Assembly: GCA_050230475.1 (NCBI GenBank)
Contig: JBFLGF010000084.1
Coordinates: 62,001 to 126,000 of the forward strand
From: Ancylonema sp.
Taxonomy: Eukaryota
DNA: 64,000 nt
Reading direction: 5' to 3'
Position 1 is the first letter of the stretch, and each line of letters opens with the position of its first letter. Below, in pieces: positions 53,840 through 64,000 of the stretch. The position numbers were made by a program, and so were the translations under genes. The notes under the pieces are model-generated. The model ran no database searches. It worked only from the letters and a program-made list of their open reading frames with translations, and was not told where the DNA came from.

Positions 53840-54390
53840 AACAGTCTCAGCTCAGGTCCCACCCTGAGCTCCAATCCTGCAACCAGTCCCAACCCATCCC
53901 CAGTTCTAGACCTAGATCGAGCTCCAGCTCCAGTCTCACCTCAGGTCCCGCCCTGAGCTCCAATCCTGCAACCAGTCCCAACCCATCCCCAGTCCGAGAC
54001 CCCCAGTCTCAGCTCAGGTCCCGCCCTGAGCTAAACTCTTGCAGCCAGTCCCAAACCATCCCCAATCCCAGACCCAGATCCAACTCCAGCTCCAATCCTA
54101 CAACCACTCCCAACCCATCCCCAGTCCTAGACCCAAATCCAGCTCCAGCTCCAGTCTCAGCTCAGGTCGCGCCCTGAGCTCTAGTCCTGCAACCAGTCCC
54201 AGATCCAAAACCGGAACCAGAACCTGAATCGGAACCAAAACCACAACAAGCTGCAAAACCAAGACCAGAACCAGAACCACATCCAGAACCGGAACCAAAA
54301 CCTGACTCGGAACCAGAATTAGAACGAGCTGCAAAAAACAAGACCAGAATCCGAACCAGAATCAGAACCAGAACCACATTCGGTCCCAAT
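53840..54390 (+). repeat. C-rich tandem/minisatellite (ccagct/ccagtc/ccagaa hexamer-derived), homologous to the PR-RT linker at 57420-57720
   Basis: Repeated cagtctcagctcaggtcccgccctgagctccaatcctgcaaccagtccca units followed by accaga-type hexamers. Confidence 0.85.
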
Positions 54391-56698
54391 CCCTTCCTCC
54401 CCTCTTAGCAGCTGGGTCTCGCCCATGCCGCCCCGTTCCCTTCCCTTTCCATCCTGTCCCCAGCAGATCCCCTTCTTCACCTCCCCCGCCTGCTCGCAGC
54501 CGCGGTGCTGGTGATGCCGGCCGCCTTTTCCCTTCCCGACTTCGCAGCTACTCAACGCGCCGCTGCCACTCCTGCCAGCCGCCCTGTCCCGCCAGCTGCC
54601 CTGTCCCGCCAGCCGTCCTGTCTCGTTAGCCGCCCAATCCTGCCAGCCACCCCGTATCACCCTTGTCACGCCCAACGATCCCCTCCTCCGTGAGGTCATC
54701 CTACAATTGCAAAGGGGGCCTAGCGGGGAGTCAAACCCCACACTGCCAACGGGCAGCCCATCGGGCAGGTCTGCGGGTCAGCACTGCACACTTCAAGGAG
54801 GCCTGCTCTACAGCAACAAACGTCGCCTCTTTTCCCCTACTTTTGACCTCCTCATCTTCTGCTTCATTCGCCGCGTCAACGGCTTTCTGGTTCGTCTTCA
54901 ACAAAAGTCCAGGCCTCGTCTAACCTCGGCCTTCGCTTCTCATCACACGCGATGTTAGGACCACTAGTAAGCGCTCCTAAAGCATTGTGCCTATAGCGTG
55001 TCCCGTCAAAGTATTTCTATTAACTCGCACGTGCGGCGGCATTATTCGTATGTTTGTGTCCTGCCAAAGTATTTCTATTAACTCGCACGTACGGCGGCAT
55101 TATTCGTATGTTCGTTATTAGATTACTTTCACTAGCCGTTAGTTATTCGTTACTAGTCGTTTGTGACTAGTGACCGTTCTCACATTAGCATGTCTATCGC
55201 TTCTAGTACATATAGCGAGTTGATTCATTGTTATTTATTAACTCGCTCTATGCATGTAACTCGCGTTATTCATCCATCCCATTTTCCATATCCATTTCCT
55301 TGCGTTTCAGTCTATCGCCTTTACTGCAGATGCCACTATTCATAGAGTAAATTTTTTTGTGTGTTTTTCCATCTGATTTCATGGCGGGTGGTGAAAATGC
55401 GCAACCAGGCATGACTACATTTATGAACCAGTTTAATCAGACCATGACAAGTTCCCAGAATCAGATCCACCACTTGCAAGAAGTAATTCAACAACTTACA
55501 AACGGGGCAAATATTCAGAACCAATCAAATGAACAAATTGTGATCGACATGAATAACATTCGTGACCAATTACAAAAACAACTTTCGACAGCCATGCCCC
55601 CCTTCCCCCTATTCAACCTATCCACTATTCTTCCCCTCCACTCGACCTCCAACTTCCCACCCCTACCCCCTTCTCGGGCGACCCTTCCGAACTTCGCTCC
55701 TTTCAACTACGTCTATGTGAATATTTCAGTGGCAACCCGGCACGCTTCCACGACGACTATTCTCGTATTCTCTACTCTGGGTCGTCCCTAACGGGGGCAG
55801 CCAGGAAGTGGTATGAAGGGCTGATGGACCCCTCCACTAACCGACTTCCCCCCACCTACACCTTCGACTCCTTCCTCCTCGAAATGCTTAACTTCTTTGG
55901 CGGTGGAGTCAACATCCTCACTCTGGAGCGCGACCTTGACAACCTGCGTCAAACTGGGAGTGTTTCAGACTATGCAATCAAATTCCGTAATATTACAAAT
56001 TGCTTTCACCCTCGTTGGCTTGATCACCCCCTAATCTTTCAGTTTTCCCTCCGATTAAATTCCCTGGTGCGTACAGAACTGATCGGCCGTGGCTCACCCC
56101 CTCTTACGTTTCAAGCGTCGTCGCTGCGACGGTCCTCGTGGAGCTGAATCAGGCGGACGCGCGCTCCTCTAGGAGTGGTAGCCACCAGCCACCAGCTCCA
56201 CGCCTCCTGTTCCACACCAAGGCGCCCACCCCATCCACCCAGCCACGTCTGTCCCTACCCAGCCACGACCCCAACCGCATGGACATCGACGGGACAAGCC
56301 GAGCTCGTGGGCCCCTCACCCCAGAGGAGCGCAAGCGTCGGTACGACGGGGCCTGTGCGCCTACTGTGGTAGGGCCGGCCACGTCATGCAAGCGTGTCCC
56401 AACCGCACCAAGCCCGGGGAACCTTCCACGTCCCCGACGCTTCCAGCTCGTCCCCAGATGTCCCCCCACTACCCCGGCGCCTGGCATCAGTTTCCAGCCC
56501 CGGGTCCCTACCCCATTCACCAGATCCCGGACACTTCCCCAGCCACCCCCCCAGCCAGTAGCCAGCCGGGAAACTCTCGCCCTAGCCAGTAGGGGCCTGG
56601 CTGGGCGGCGTGCTCCCACTCCCCATCCCCCTCCTTCACACCCCCCCCTTTCCCACCCCTTGCCCTTGACCCTTACCGTACACATTCCTCATCCCTGG

Positions 56699-57027
56699 TG
56701 TAAGGCAGCTTCTAAGAAGGAATGCCTTGCTCATAACAAGCACATTTACACACATATCAGAATTGAAGTGTAAAGGAGAAATGATGTGCAAAAGACATGA
56801 ATTGATAAGAAATTGATAAGAGCCCTTGAGAGGACACCTCTCAAGTGCTTAAGTACAAAAGAATAGTCACTAAGTGACAAAGAAGCGTGAACACACTAGG
56901 CGAGGAGAAGCGCGAACACACTAGACGACAAAAGGATAGGAGTCGAGAAAGTGAACATATTTGACTATGGTGACTGAGGTTAGGAACACTCGCTAGCGGA
57001 ATTAATGCTAGAGAGTGAATCCTAACA
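56699..57027 (-). mobile_element. Inverted gypsy-type solo LTR inserted between gag and protease
   Basis: tgtaagg...tcctaaca with 5-bp TSD cctgg. Confidence 0.92.
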
Positions 57028-59310
57028 CCTGGCCAGCTTCCCATTTCGGTGCTAGCCCTCGTCGACTCCGGCGCTTCCGGCAACTTCCTTGAACCTTCCT
57101 TTCTCCTCAAACACACAACCTGCAGCCGCAACCCCACCCCTGCCCCATCCGAGTTGAACTTATTGACGGCAGTTCTGCCGCCCCCATTACCCACTTCTAT
57201 CCTACTAACATTCGCATCCATGGCAGCCACTCGGAGGAAATTACCTTTTAGCTGTCACGCTGGCCCACTTCCCGTTGGTCTTGGGCTTCCCGTGGCTCGC
57301 CCGCCACAACCCCAGCATCGATTGGGCGACGGGCAATCTTACGTTTGACTCCCCCCTGCCTCTCCTCCTGTCTGTCCCCCCTCCCATTTCCCTCCCCCCC
57401 CCCCCTTTCCTTGCCGCAATCCTACCTCTCCATCCCGTCCCCACTCCAGCTCCCATTCCCGTTCCAGACCCAGCTCCAACTCCAGACCCAGATCCCAGCT
57501 CTAGTCCACCTCCTAGCGCAAGTCCTGCACCCAGTTTTAAACCAGTTCCCAGCCCCAAATCCAGATCCAGCTCCAGACCCACATCCAGCTCTAGACCCAA
57601 ATCCAGCTCCAGCTCTAGTCCACCTTCCAGCGCCAGTCCTGCAACCATTCCTAACCCCAACCCCACCCTCAACTCCTGCTCTTGCCTTCTTCCAGGCTCC
57701 GGCTCCCCCCAACCCCAACTTGTACCACCAGGTTCCGGTCCAGTACCATGACTTCCTCGACGTGTTCTCCGAGCCGCAGGCCAACGTCCTCCCGCCTCAC
57801 CGCAAGTATGACCTGGAAATTAATCTCAAACCAGGCGCAGCCCCACCCTGGGGTCGCATCTACCCCATGTCTGCCCTCGAGAACACCGCCATGAAGGAGT
57901 ACGTCAAGGCCTACCTGGCGGATGGCTTCATCAAGCACTCCCGCTCTGAAGCCGCTGCCCCATGCATGTTTGTCAAGGGACGACGGGAAGCTGCGCCCGG
58001 TGATCGACTATAGGCAGCTCAACGCGGTGACGGTGAAAAACCGGTATCCGCTTCCCCTCATCCCTGAAATGTTAGATCGCCTAAATTCAGCCAAAATATT
58101 CACAAAAATAGATTTGAGGAATGCTTATCAGTACGGGTTAAGGAAGGTCATGAATGGAAGACAAAATTCCGGTGTAGAGAAGGACACTTTGAATACCTGG
58201 TCTGCCCTCAGGGCTGCACTAACACCCCGGCCACGTTTCAATTTTTCATGAACGACATTCTTCGCGAGCACCTGGACATGACGGCAGTCGGCATCTTGGA
58301 TGACGTTATCATCTACTCCGAGGACACCCCCAGCCACATCCACCACGTTCGGGCTATCCTCCAAATCCTGCGCACCAACCAGCTCTATGCCAAGATAGAG
58401 AAATGTGAGTTCCACAAGGACTCCATGACTTTTTCCACAAGGACTCCATGACTTTCGTCGGCTATCTAGTTTCCTGCGAAAGTTTCTGCTGTTCTGGACT
58501 GGCCTATTCCTAAGTCTGTCAAAGAAATTCATTCATTTCTGGGATTTGCAAATTTCTATCGCAAGTTTATCAAGTCATACTCCATGCTGACAACACCACT
58601 CACAAATCTCACACGCAAGACAAAGCATAAGTTCATCTGGACCCAGCAGGCCGGGGAAGCCTTCCAACTGCTGCAGGTAGCCTTCACGACAGCTCCAGTC
58701 CTCACCCACTTCCAGCCTCACCTTCCCATCACCATGGAGACAGACGCCTCCGACTTCGCCGTCGGGGGTATTCTGTCCCAGACCTCCCCCGTAGGCAACC
58801 TGCATCCCATCTGCTTCTACAGCAGAAAACTCTCCCCAGCCGAATTAAACTATCCTATCTACAACAAAGAACTCCTCGCTGTGGTCGCCGGGTTTAAACA
58901 CTGGCGTGTCTACGTGGAGGGGGCCCAACATCCAGTCCAAGTTTACACGGATCATAAGAACCTCGAGTACTTCTCAACGTCTAGAAACAACATCCAGACG
59001 ACACCTCGGTGGGCAGCATCCTGGCGACCTACGACTTCAAGATCATTTATCGGAAAGGCACACTTAATGGAAAGCGGACGCAATTTCTAGACGGCCCGAC
59101 TGCAAGTTCCCCCCTTCCCCTTCCATCCCCATTCTGTCGCAACCCACCTCCCCTCCCCTCCTTTCTGCACCCCATTCATCTCACCCTTCCCTCCCTCCTA
59201 CCTGGCTGCTGCTATTTTTCAATCGTCAGACGACCCCCTCCTCCCTCAAATTGCTGCAGCCCAATCTGCAGATGCCACCCTCTCTACACTCATCCTAGCC
59301 TACCAAAAAA

Positions 59311-59369
59311 GGCCTGACGGGGAGTCAAACCCCGCACTGCCAGCTGGGCAGCCCCCTTTCGGGCAGGTC
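59311..59369 (-). ncRNA. Candidate tRNA-like (mascRNA-sized) cloverleaf within gypsy pol; second copy at 54717-54771
   Basis: Minus strand: gacctg-ccc/ggg arm-ctgcc/ggcag arm-gcgggg TTTGACT ccccgt-caggcc, then TTTTTT. The stems are kept in the second copy. Confidence 0.4.
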
Positions 59370-62218
59370 ACACGATCACTACAGCATGCAAGGGGGCATC
59401 CTCTACATTCAGGGACGCATTTCTATCCCTCCTACCTCGCATTCACTCTCATTCTCAAAATCCTCCTACGGCAATATCATGGTGCACCCATGGCAGGCCA
59501 TTTCGGCGTAGCTAGGACTTAAGCCCTAGTGGCCCAGTATTTCTTTTGGCCCGGCCTCGCATCTGCTTTCAGTTCGTATGTCCTATCCTGCGATGCCTGC
59601 CAGAGAAACAAAGTGGTACGGCATTCTCCTTTCGGTTTACTTTCGCCTCTTCCTATTCCTACCAGGCCATGGTCCCACGTCGCCCTCGACTGGATAACAG
59701 ACTTGCCACCCAGTCACTACCACGATGCAATCCCTAGTGGTGGTGGACCGTCTAACCCCCGAAATGGCAATTTTCATCCCGACCACAAAATCGATGCCGA
59801 CTCCAGTTGTCGCGGCGCTCTTCATTTAAAACGTGATTCGGCTTCACGGCCTGCCACACAACATCGTCAGTGATCGCGATCCAATATTCACGTCACACTT
59901 CTGGTGCCGCATCCTAGCGCTCCTGGCATCCGTGCCAACCGATCTTCCGCCTTCCATCCCCAGACGGATGGCCAGACGGAGCGTCTCAATTCAGTCCTTG
60001 AACAGTATTTACGCATCTACTGCACTATCAGCAAACCGACTGGGCCAGCCTCCTCCCCTCTAGCAGAGTTTAGCTACAACAACTCCAAACACTCGGCTAC
60101 CACCCTGTCCCCGTTCTTCGCCAACTATGGGTTCCACCCCAGCATGTCCCCTGCTCCCAACCAATCCCGACTCCAGGACCCCAGCCGCGGATTCCTATGT
60201 CAACCAGCTGCAACAAGGCCCAGGTGGTTCTTCAGCGGGAGCTCCTCAAAGCTCGGACGGCCATGGAGGTTTTAGCCAATCGGCGTCGTCGGCTTGCCCC
60301 AACCCCTCCTGCCAGGTGCTCAAGTGTGGCTCCTGCGGCGCAACATCAGAACACTCCAAGTTGGATGTTCGTCGCCTCGGTCCCTTCACTGTAATTTGTC
60401 CAGTTGGCACTTCGTCGTTCCGACTCAATCTTCCCACAACCATGCGCATCCATCCAGTCTTCCATGTCAGCCTCCTGGAACCGTACGTACCCAATATGTC
60501 CCTAACACGTTCCCGGGACGCATCCAGCCGGCTCCTCACCCCATCGAGGTGGACGGTTTTCCGGAGTTTGAGGGTCGGGCAATTCTGGACTCCAAGATCC
60601 GTCGGCGCAAACTCTTGTATTTCGTAGATTGGGTAGGATACGATATTTCAGACAGATCTTGGGAGCCTGCTGCGAATCTTTCCAATGCCTTCGGTGGCAC
60701 TTTCCGACTTTCATGCCACGTACCCCAATAGGCCTCGTCGCCGTGATCCTCTTTACTATTTTAACCGGGGGGTACTGTTAGGACCACTAGTATAAGCGCT
60801 CCTAAATTGTGCCTATAGCGTGTCTCGTCAAAGTATTTCTATTAACTCGCACGTGCGGCGGCATTATTGTATGTTCGTGTCCCGTCAAAGTATTCCATTA
60901 ACTCGCACGTGCGGCGGCATTATTCATATGCTCATTATTAGATTACTCTCACAAGCCGTTAGTCATTCGTTACTAGTCGTTTGACTAGTGACCGTTCTCA
61001 CATTAGCATGCCTAGCGCTTCTAGTACATATAGCGAGTTGATTCATTATTAACTCGCTCTATGAAACTCATGTATGAAACTCGCGTTAAACATCCATTCC
61101 ATATTCCATATCCATTTCCTTGCATTCAGTCTATCGCCTTTACAACCGGACGAGCTCCCTCGCTCGTCTCCTTGCCTTAAAAACAACCCTCTTCTCCCTG
61201 CCGTCGTATCCAGCACAAACCAAACCCAATTCGATGCAATTCAATTCTGTTCGTACCTTTTCGTTTCTTTGCTTACATTCTTTTTCAATGTTTTTTACTC
61301 CCGGGGGAGTCGAACCCCGGTCACACAGCTTATGTTGTTGGCATCCCGCAGAGTTCCTTTGTAATCAATCATGCGCTTCTATTATTCCCACTCGCCCTTA
61401 CCTTTTGTTGCCTGTCCTCTTCCCTCCTAACTTGAAGTTGCTGGAAGCTCCATCGTCAACGCTTCTTGGCGTCACGACTCCACATCACGTCGCCAACCTG
61501 GAAGTTGGTCGCAGCGTCTGGAAGCCCCATCGTCAACGCTTCGCGTCACGACTCCATCAAAGATTTACGCCAGCACTGCGATCCTATCTTCGTTTCGCAG
61601 CCTTCTCCAAACGTTCGCCTTCCGGTAGCCGTCCCCCGTCTGGATCCCATGATACCACAAGTTTTTTCCGAACCCTCCAAAACCCAAATCCCTCTCCGCC
61701 GTCCTGCCCGCCCCAACCGCCCTCTTTTCCCAGCCGTTGCGTCGAACCCTTCCAAATCTTTTAAATGCCTCCGTGGCAATTTCCAACTTTCATGCTACGT
61801 ACCCCGATACGCCTCGTTCCCCGTGATCTTCTTTACTCTTTTAACGGGGGGTACTGTTAGGACCACTCCCTGTCACTAGTGCTCCTCTAGTTCGTGTCCG
61901 TGCAGTGCCTATGCCCCTAGTGTTCCTATTGCCCCTAGTGCGCCCCTATTGCCCCTAGTGCGCCCCTATTCCCCCTAGTGCGTGTTTAGTGCTTTAGTGC
62001 GTGTCTAGTGCGTGTTTATTGCGTATTCCTATTTATTCCCGTTCATTCGACATTACCGTTCTTACACTAGAGTCTCCGTCCCTCCTAGTTCCCCAATAGT
62101 ACTTAAGTCACGATAGGAACGATCAACTCATGTAATTCTTGCTTCCTATATTTCTCGCGTTACACATCAATTCTATAATCCATCTCCTATTCCTTGCATT
62201 TTGTCTATCGCCTTTACA

Positions 62219-63148
62219 TGTGCCCCCCGCTCGCTTCATCGAAATGTATCATGCAGCTGCAGCAGATGATGAGGCCAGACACAATCCGGAGACGGTGCGG
62301 GAGGCACTCGACACTTCGCACATGGAGAAGTGGCAAGCGGCAATGAACAGTGAGATGGAGAGCCTAAAGGAGAATGGGGTGTATGAGATTGTTGACAGGC
62401 CATCGGGGAAGAAGGTCGTCAAATCCAAGTGGGTGTTGAGGGTAAAAGCCAATGAGAAGGGGGAGGTTGAAAAATTCAAGGCTAGGGTAGTTTCCAAGGG
62501 GTTCAGTCAAGTCGAGGGCGTCGATTTTGATCAGACATTCAGCCCCACTGTGAGATTCGAGGGCATCAAGCAGATGGTAGCATTGGGCACTTCAAGGGGA
62601 ATGAAGATGCACCAGATGGATGTCACGACCGCGTTCCTATACGCACCCCTGGAGGAGGAAGTGTACATGGAGCAGCCTCTGAGGGAACAGTCAAGGTGGG
62701 AGATGAAGGGAAGGTGATGAGGCTGTTAAAGTGCTTGTACGGACTAAAGCAGTCCCCAAGGCAGTGGAACATCCTCATCGACACCGTCCTGAAAAAGCTG
62801 GGGTTCAAGAGGCTGTTGTCCGACGTCGAGATGTATGTGAGGGGTGAGGGCGTGGACGCCGTTTACATTGCCCTGTATGTCGATGATATGTTCATTGTGG
62901 GGATGAAGCTGATCAACATAGAGAGTGTGAAGAAGGGGCTCTGTGCGGAGTTCAAGATGAAGGACCTAGGGGAGAGGCTCGATTCTTGCTTGGGATAGAG
63001 ATCAGGAGGCAGGAGAATGGTGACGTGCTCCTGGTACAGGAGCACTATGCTCGTGACGTCATCCTTCAACATGGAGGGCTGCAAGCTCTGCAAGCCGGTG
63101 TCGACACCCCTCGAGTTCGGATGCCGTCTTGACTCTTCCTCGGTGTGG
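62219..63148 (+). mobile_element. Ty1/copia RT fragment
   Basis: KWVLRVK, KARVVSKGFSQVEGVDFDQTFSP, QMDVTTAFL, LYGLKQSPRQW, LYVDD; truncated on both sides by LTRs. Confidence 0.93.
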
Positions 63149-63405
63149 TGTAAGGCAATCAATAATAGCCTTAGAACTAGGTTCGTACAAAATAGGGTAG
63201 ACTTTGTTATAATAGAACTCGTTTAGCTCGTTATAGCGTACTGATACTCAAGCATTTGTTATAGTGAATATCGGTCAAGTTTGACCGATCGGGTGCATTT
63301 TTGTTTATAAGACATTGACTTTTGAACGTGGCGTTTGAACCGACGTTTGAAAGTGACGTTTGGAAGTGTTTTTGACGAGTAGGACATTTGGACAGGGAGC
63401 CATCA
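63149..63405 (-). mobile_element. Probable partial inverted LTR
   Basis: Begins tgtaaggca, like the inverted LTR at 56699, exactly where RT homology stops. Confidence 0.45.
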
Positions 63406-64000
63406 TGTTAGGCTCCACTCTCTGTAGTCACTAGTGTTCCCACGAGTGTGCCTAACTCGCACTAGAGTGCTCTAGAGTTTCAGTAGTTCTTATATCGAGT
63501 GTGCATTTAGAGTGATGTTTTCCCTTGAGAGCTTATCTATTGTTATACCGAGTTAGCTATCGTTATATCGAGTTCACTTATCCCATATTGTGTTTCCATT
63601 GTTCACCTTCATTCTTAGTATAGATACTCGATAGGAGCAACCTTATAGTTGCTCCTATCAACTCATGTAGTTCACCTTTTTGTATACCCATCATCATTCC
63701 ATTCCATTTCCTTCTTTGTGAACATGCTTACCCTTATAGCTAGGTGCGTCTTATTTCTTTCGTCGCCCCTAACACACATTTGATAGGAGCGATGCACCCC
63801 ATCCCCCACCTCCACCCCATCCCCCTGGAGTTAATCGATGGCAGCAGTCCTTCCACTGGCCCCATCACCCACTACTTCCCTACCCGGCTCCGCTTCCATG
63901 CCACCCATAGAGAAACCCTTACCTTTCAGGTCACCAGACTGGGGCATTTCCAACTCGTCCTGGGGTTTCCTTGGGTATAGATTGGCAGCATGGCACCCTC
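63406..64000 (+). mobile_element. Gypsy 5' LTR (63406-63774), self-priming-type PBS and protease C-terminal fragment
   Basis: LTR homologous to the solo LTR at 28311; downstream PIPLELIDG...GPITH...LVLGFPW. Confidence 0.85.

Larger units (their letters stand above)
54953..61144 (+). mobile_element. Ty3/gypsy chromovirus (Tcn1/Tf1-sushi-like), complete domain set, frameshifted
   Basis: LTRs 54953-55325 and 60776-61144. Gag (LRQTGSVSDY, MDID, CCHC), PR LVDSGASGNF, RT ([21 protein letters not shown]), RNase H ETDASDFAVG, integrase [12 protein letters not shown], chromodomain ILDSKIRRRKLLYFVDWVGY...SWEP. Confidence 0.96.
52919..62218 (+). mobile_element. Degenerate/non-autonomous Ty3/gypsy element (outer) hosting a nested chromovirus
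   Basis: Related LTRs 52919-53283 and 61855-62218 (tgttaggaccactccc...cgcctttac), PPT before 61855, and decayed internal pieces homologous to the inner element. No TSD, so pairing of the two LTRs is inferred. Confidence 0.75.

Noticed and set aside
57275..58013. Pro-rich ORFs as extensin genes
   Set aside because: They are the pol PR-RT linker of the chromovirus.

Overview
Intron-rich, TE-dense eukaryotic nuclear DNA from the green-plant lineage. A streptophyte alga is my inference from the plastid-type CHLD, the plant-type FGAMS and an EG16/XTH-like GH16. The apparently complete genes are FGAM synthase (~2151-8831, +), Mg-chelatase subunit D (40194-44489, +, one defective acceptor) and a small orphan single-pass membrane protein (45760-46618, +). 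Broken genes or intron-retaining fragments are NUP205-like, DIM1 exon 1, NOL6/Nrap, one PARP zinc-finger exon, a MYND-finger gene, a partial CHLD duplicate, and a GH16 fused to an extensin-like tail that is split by a copia element. TEs include three Ty1/copia elements plus a fragment, nested Ty3/gypsy chromoviruses, several solo LTRs with TSDs and a hAT MITE. The most notable signals are (i) covarying self-priming sites in three gypsy LTR subfamilies, (ii) a conserved mascRNA/tRNA-like cloverleaf in gypsy pol, (iii) the GH16-extensin chimera, and (iv) telomere-like and G/C-skewed introns. All protein assignments come from recalled family motifs, not database searches. Some frameshifts may be sequencing errors.
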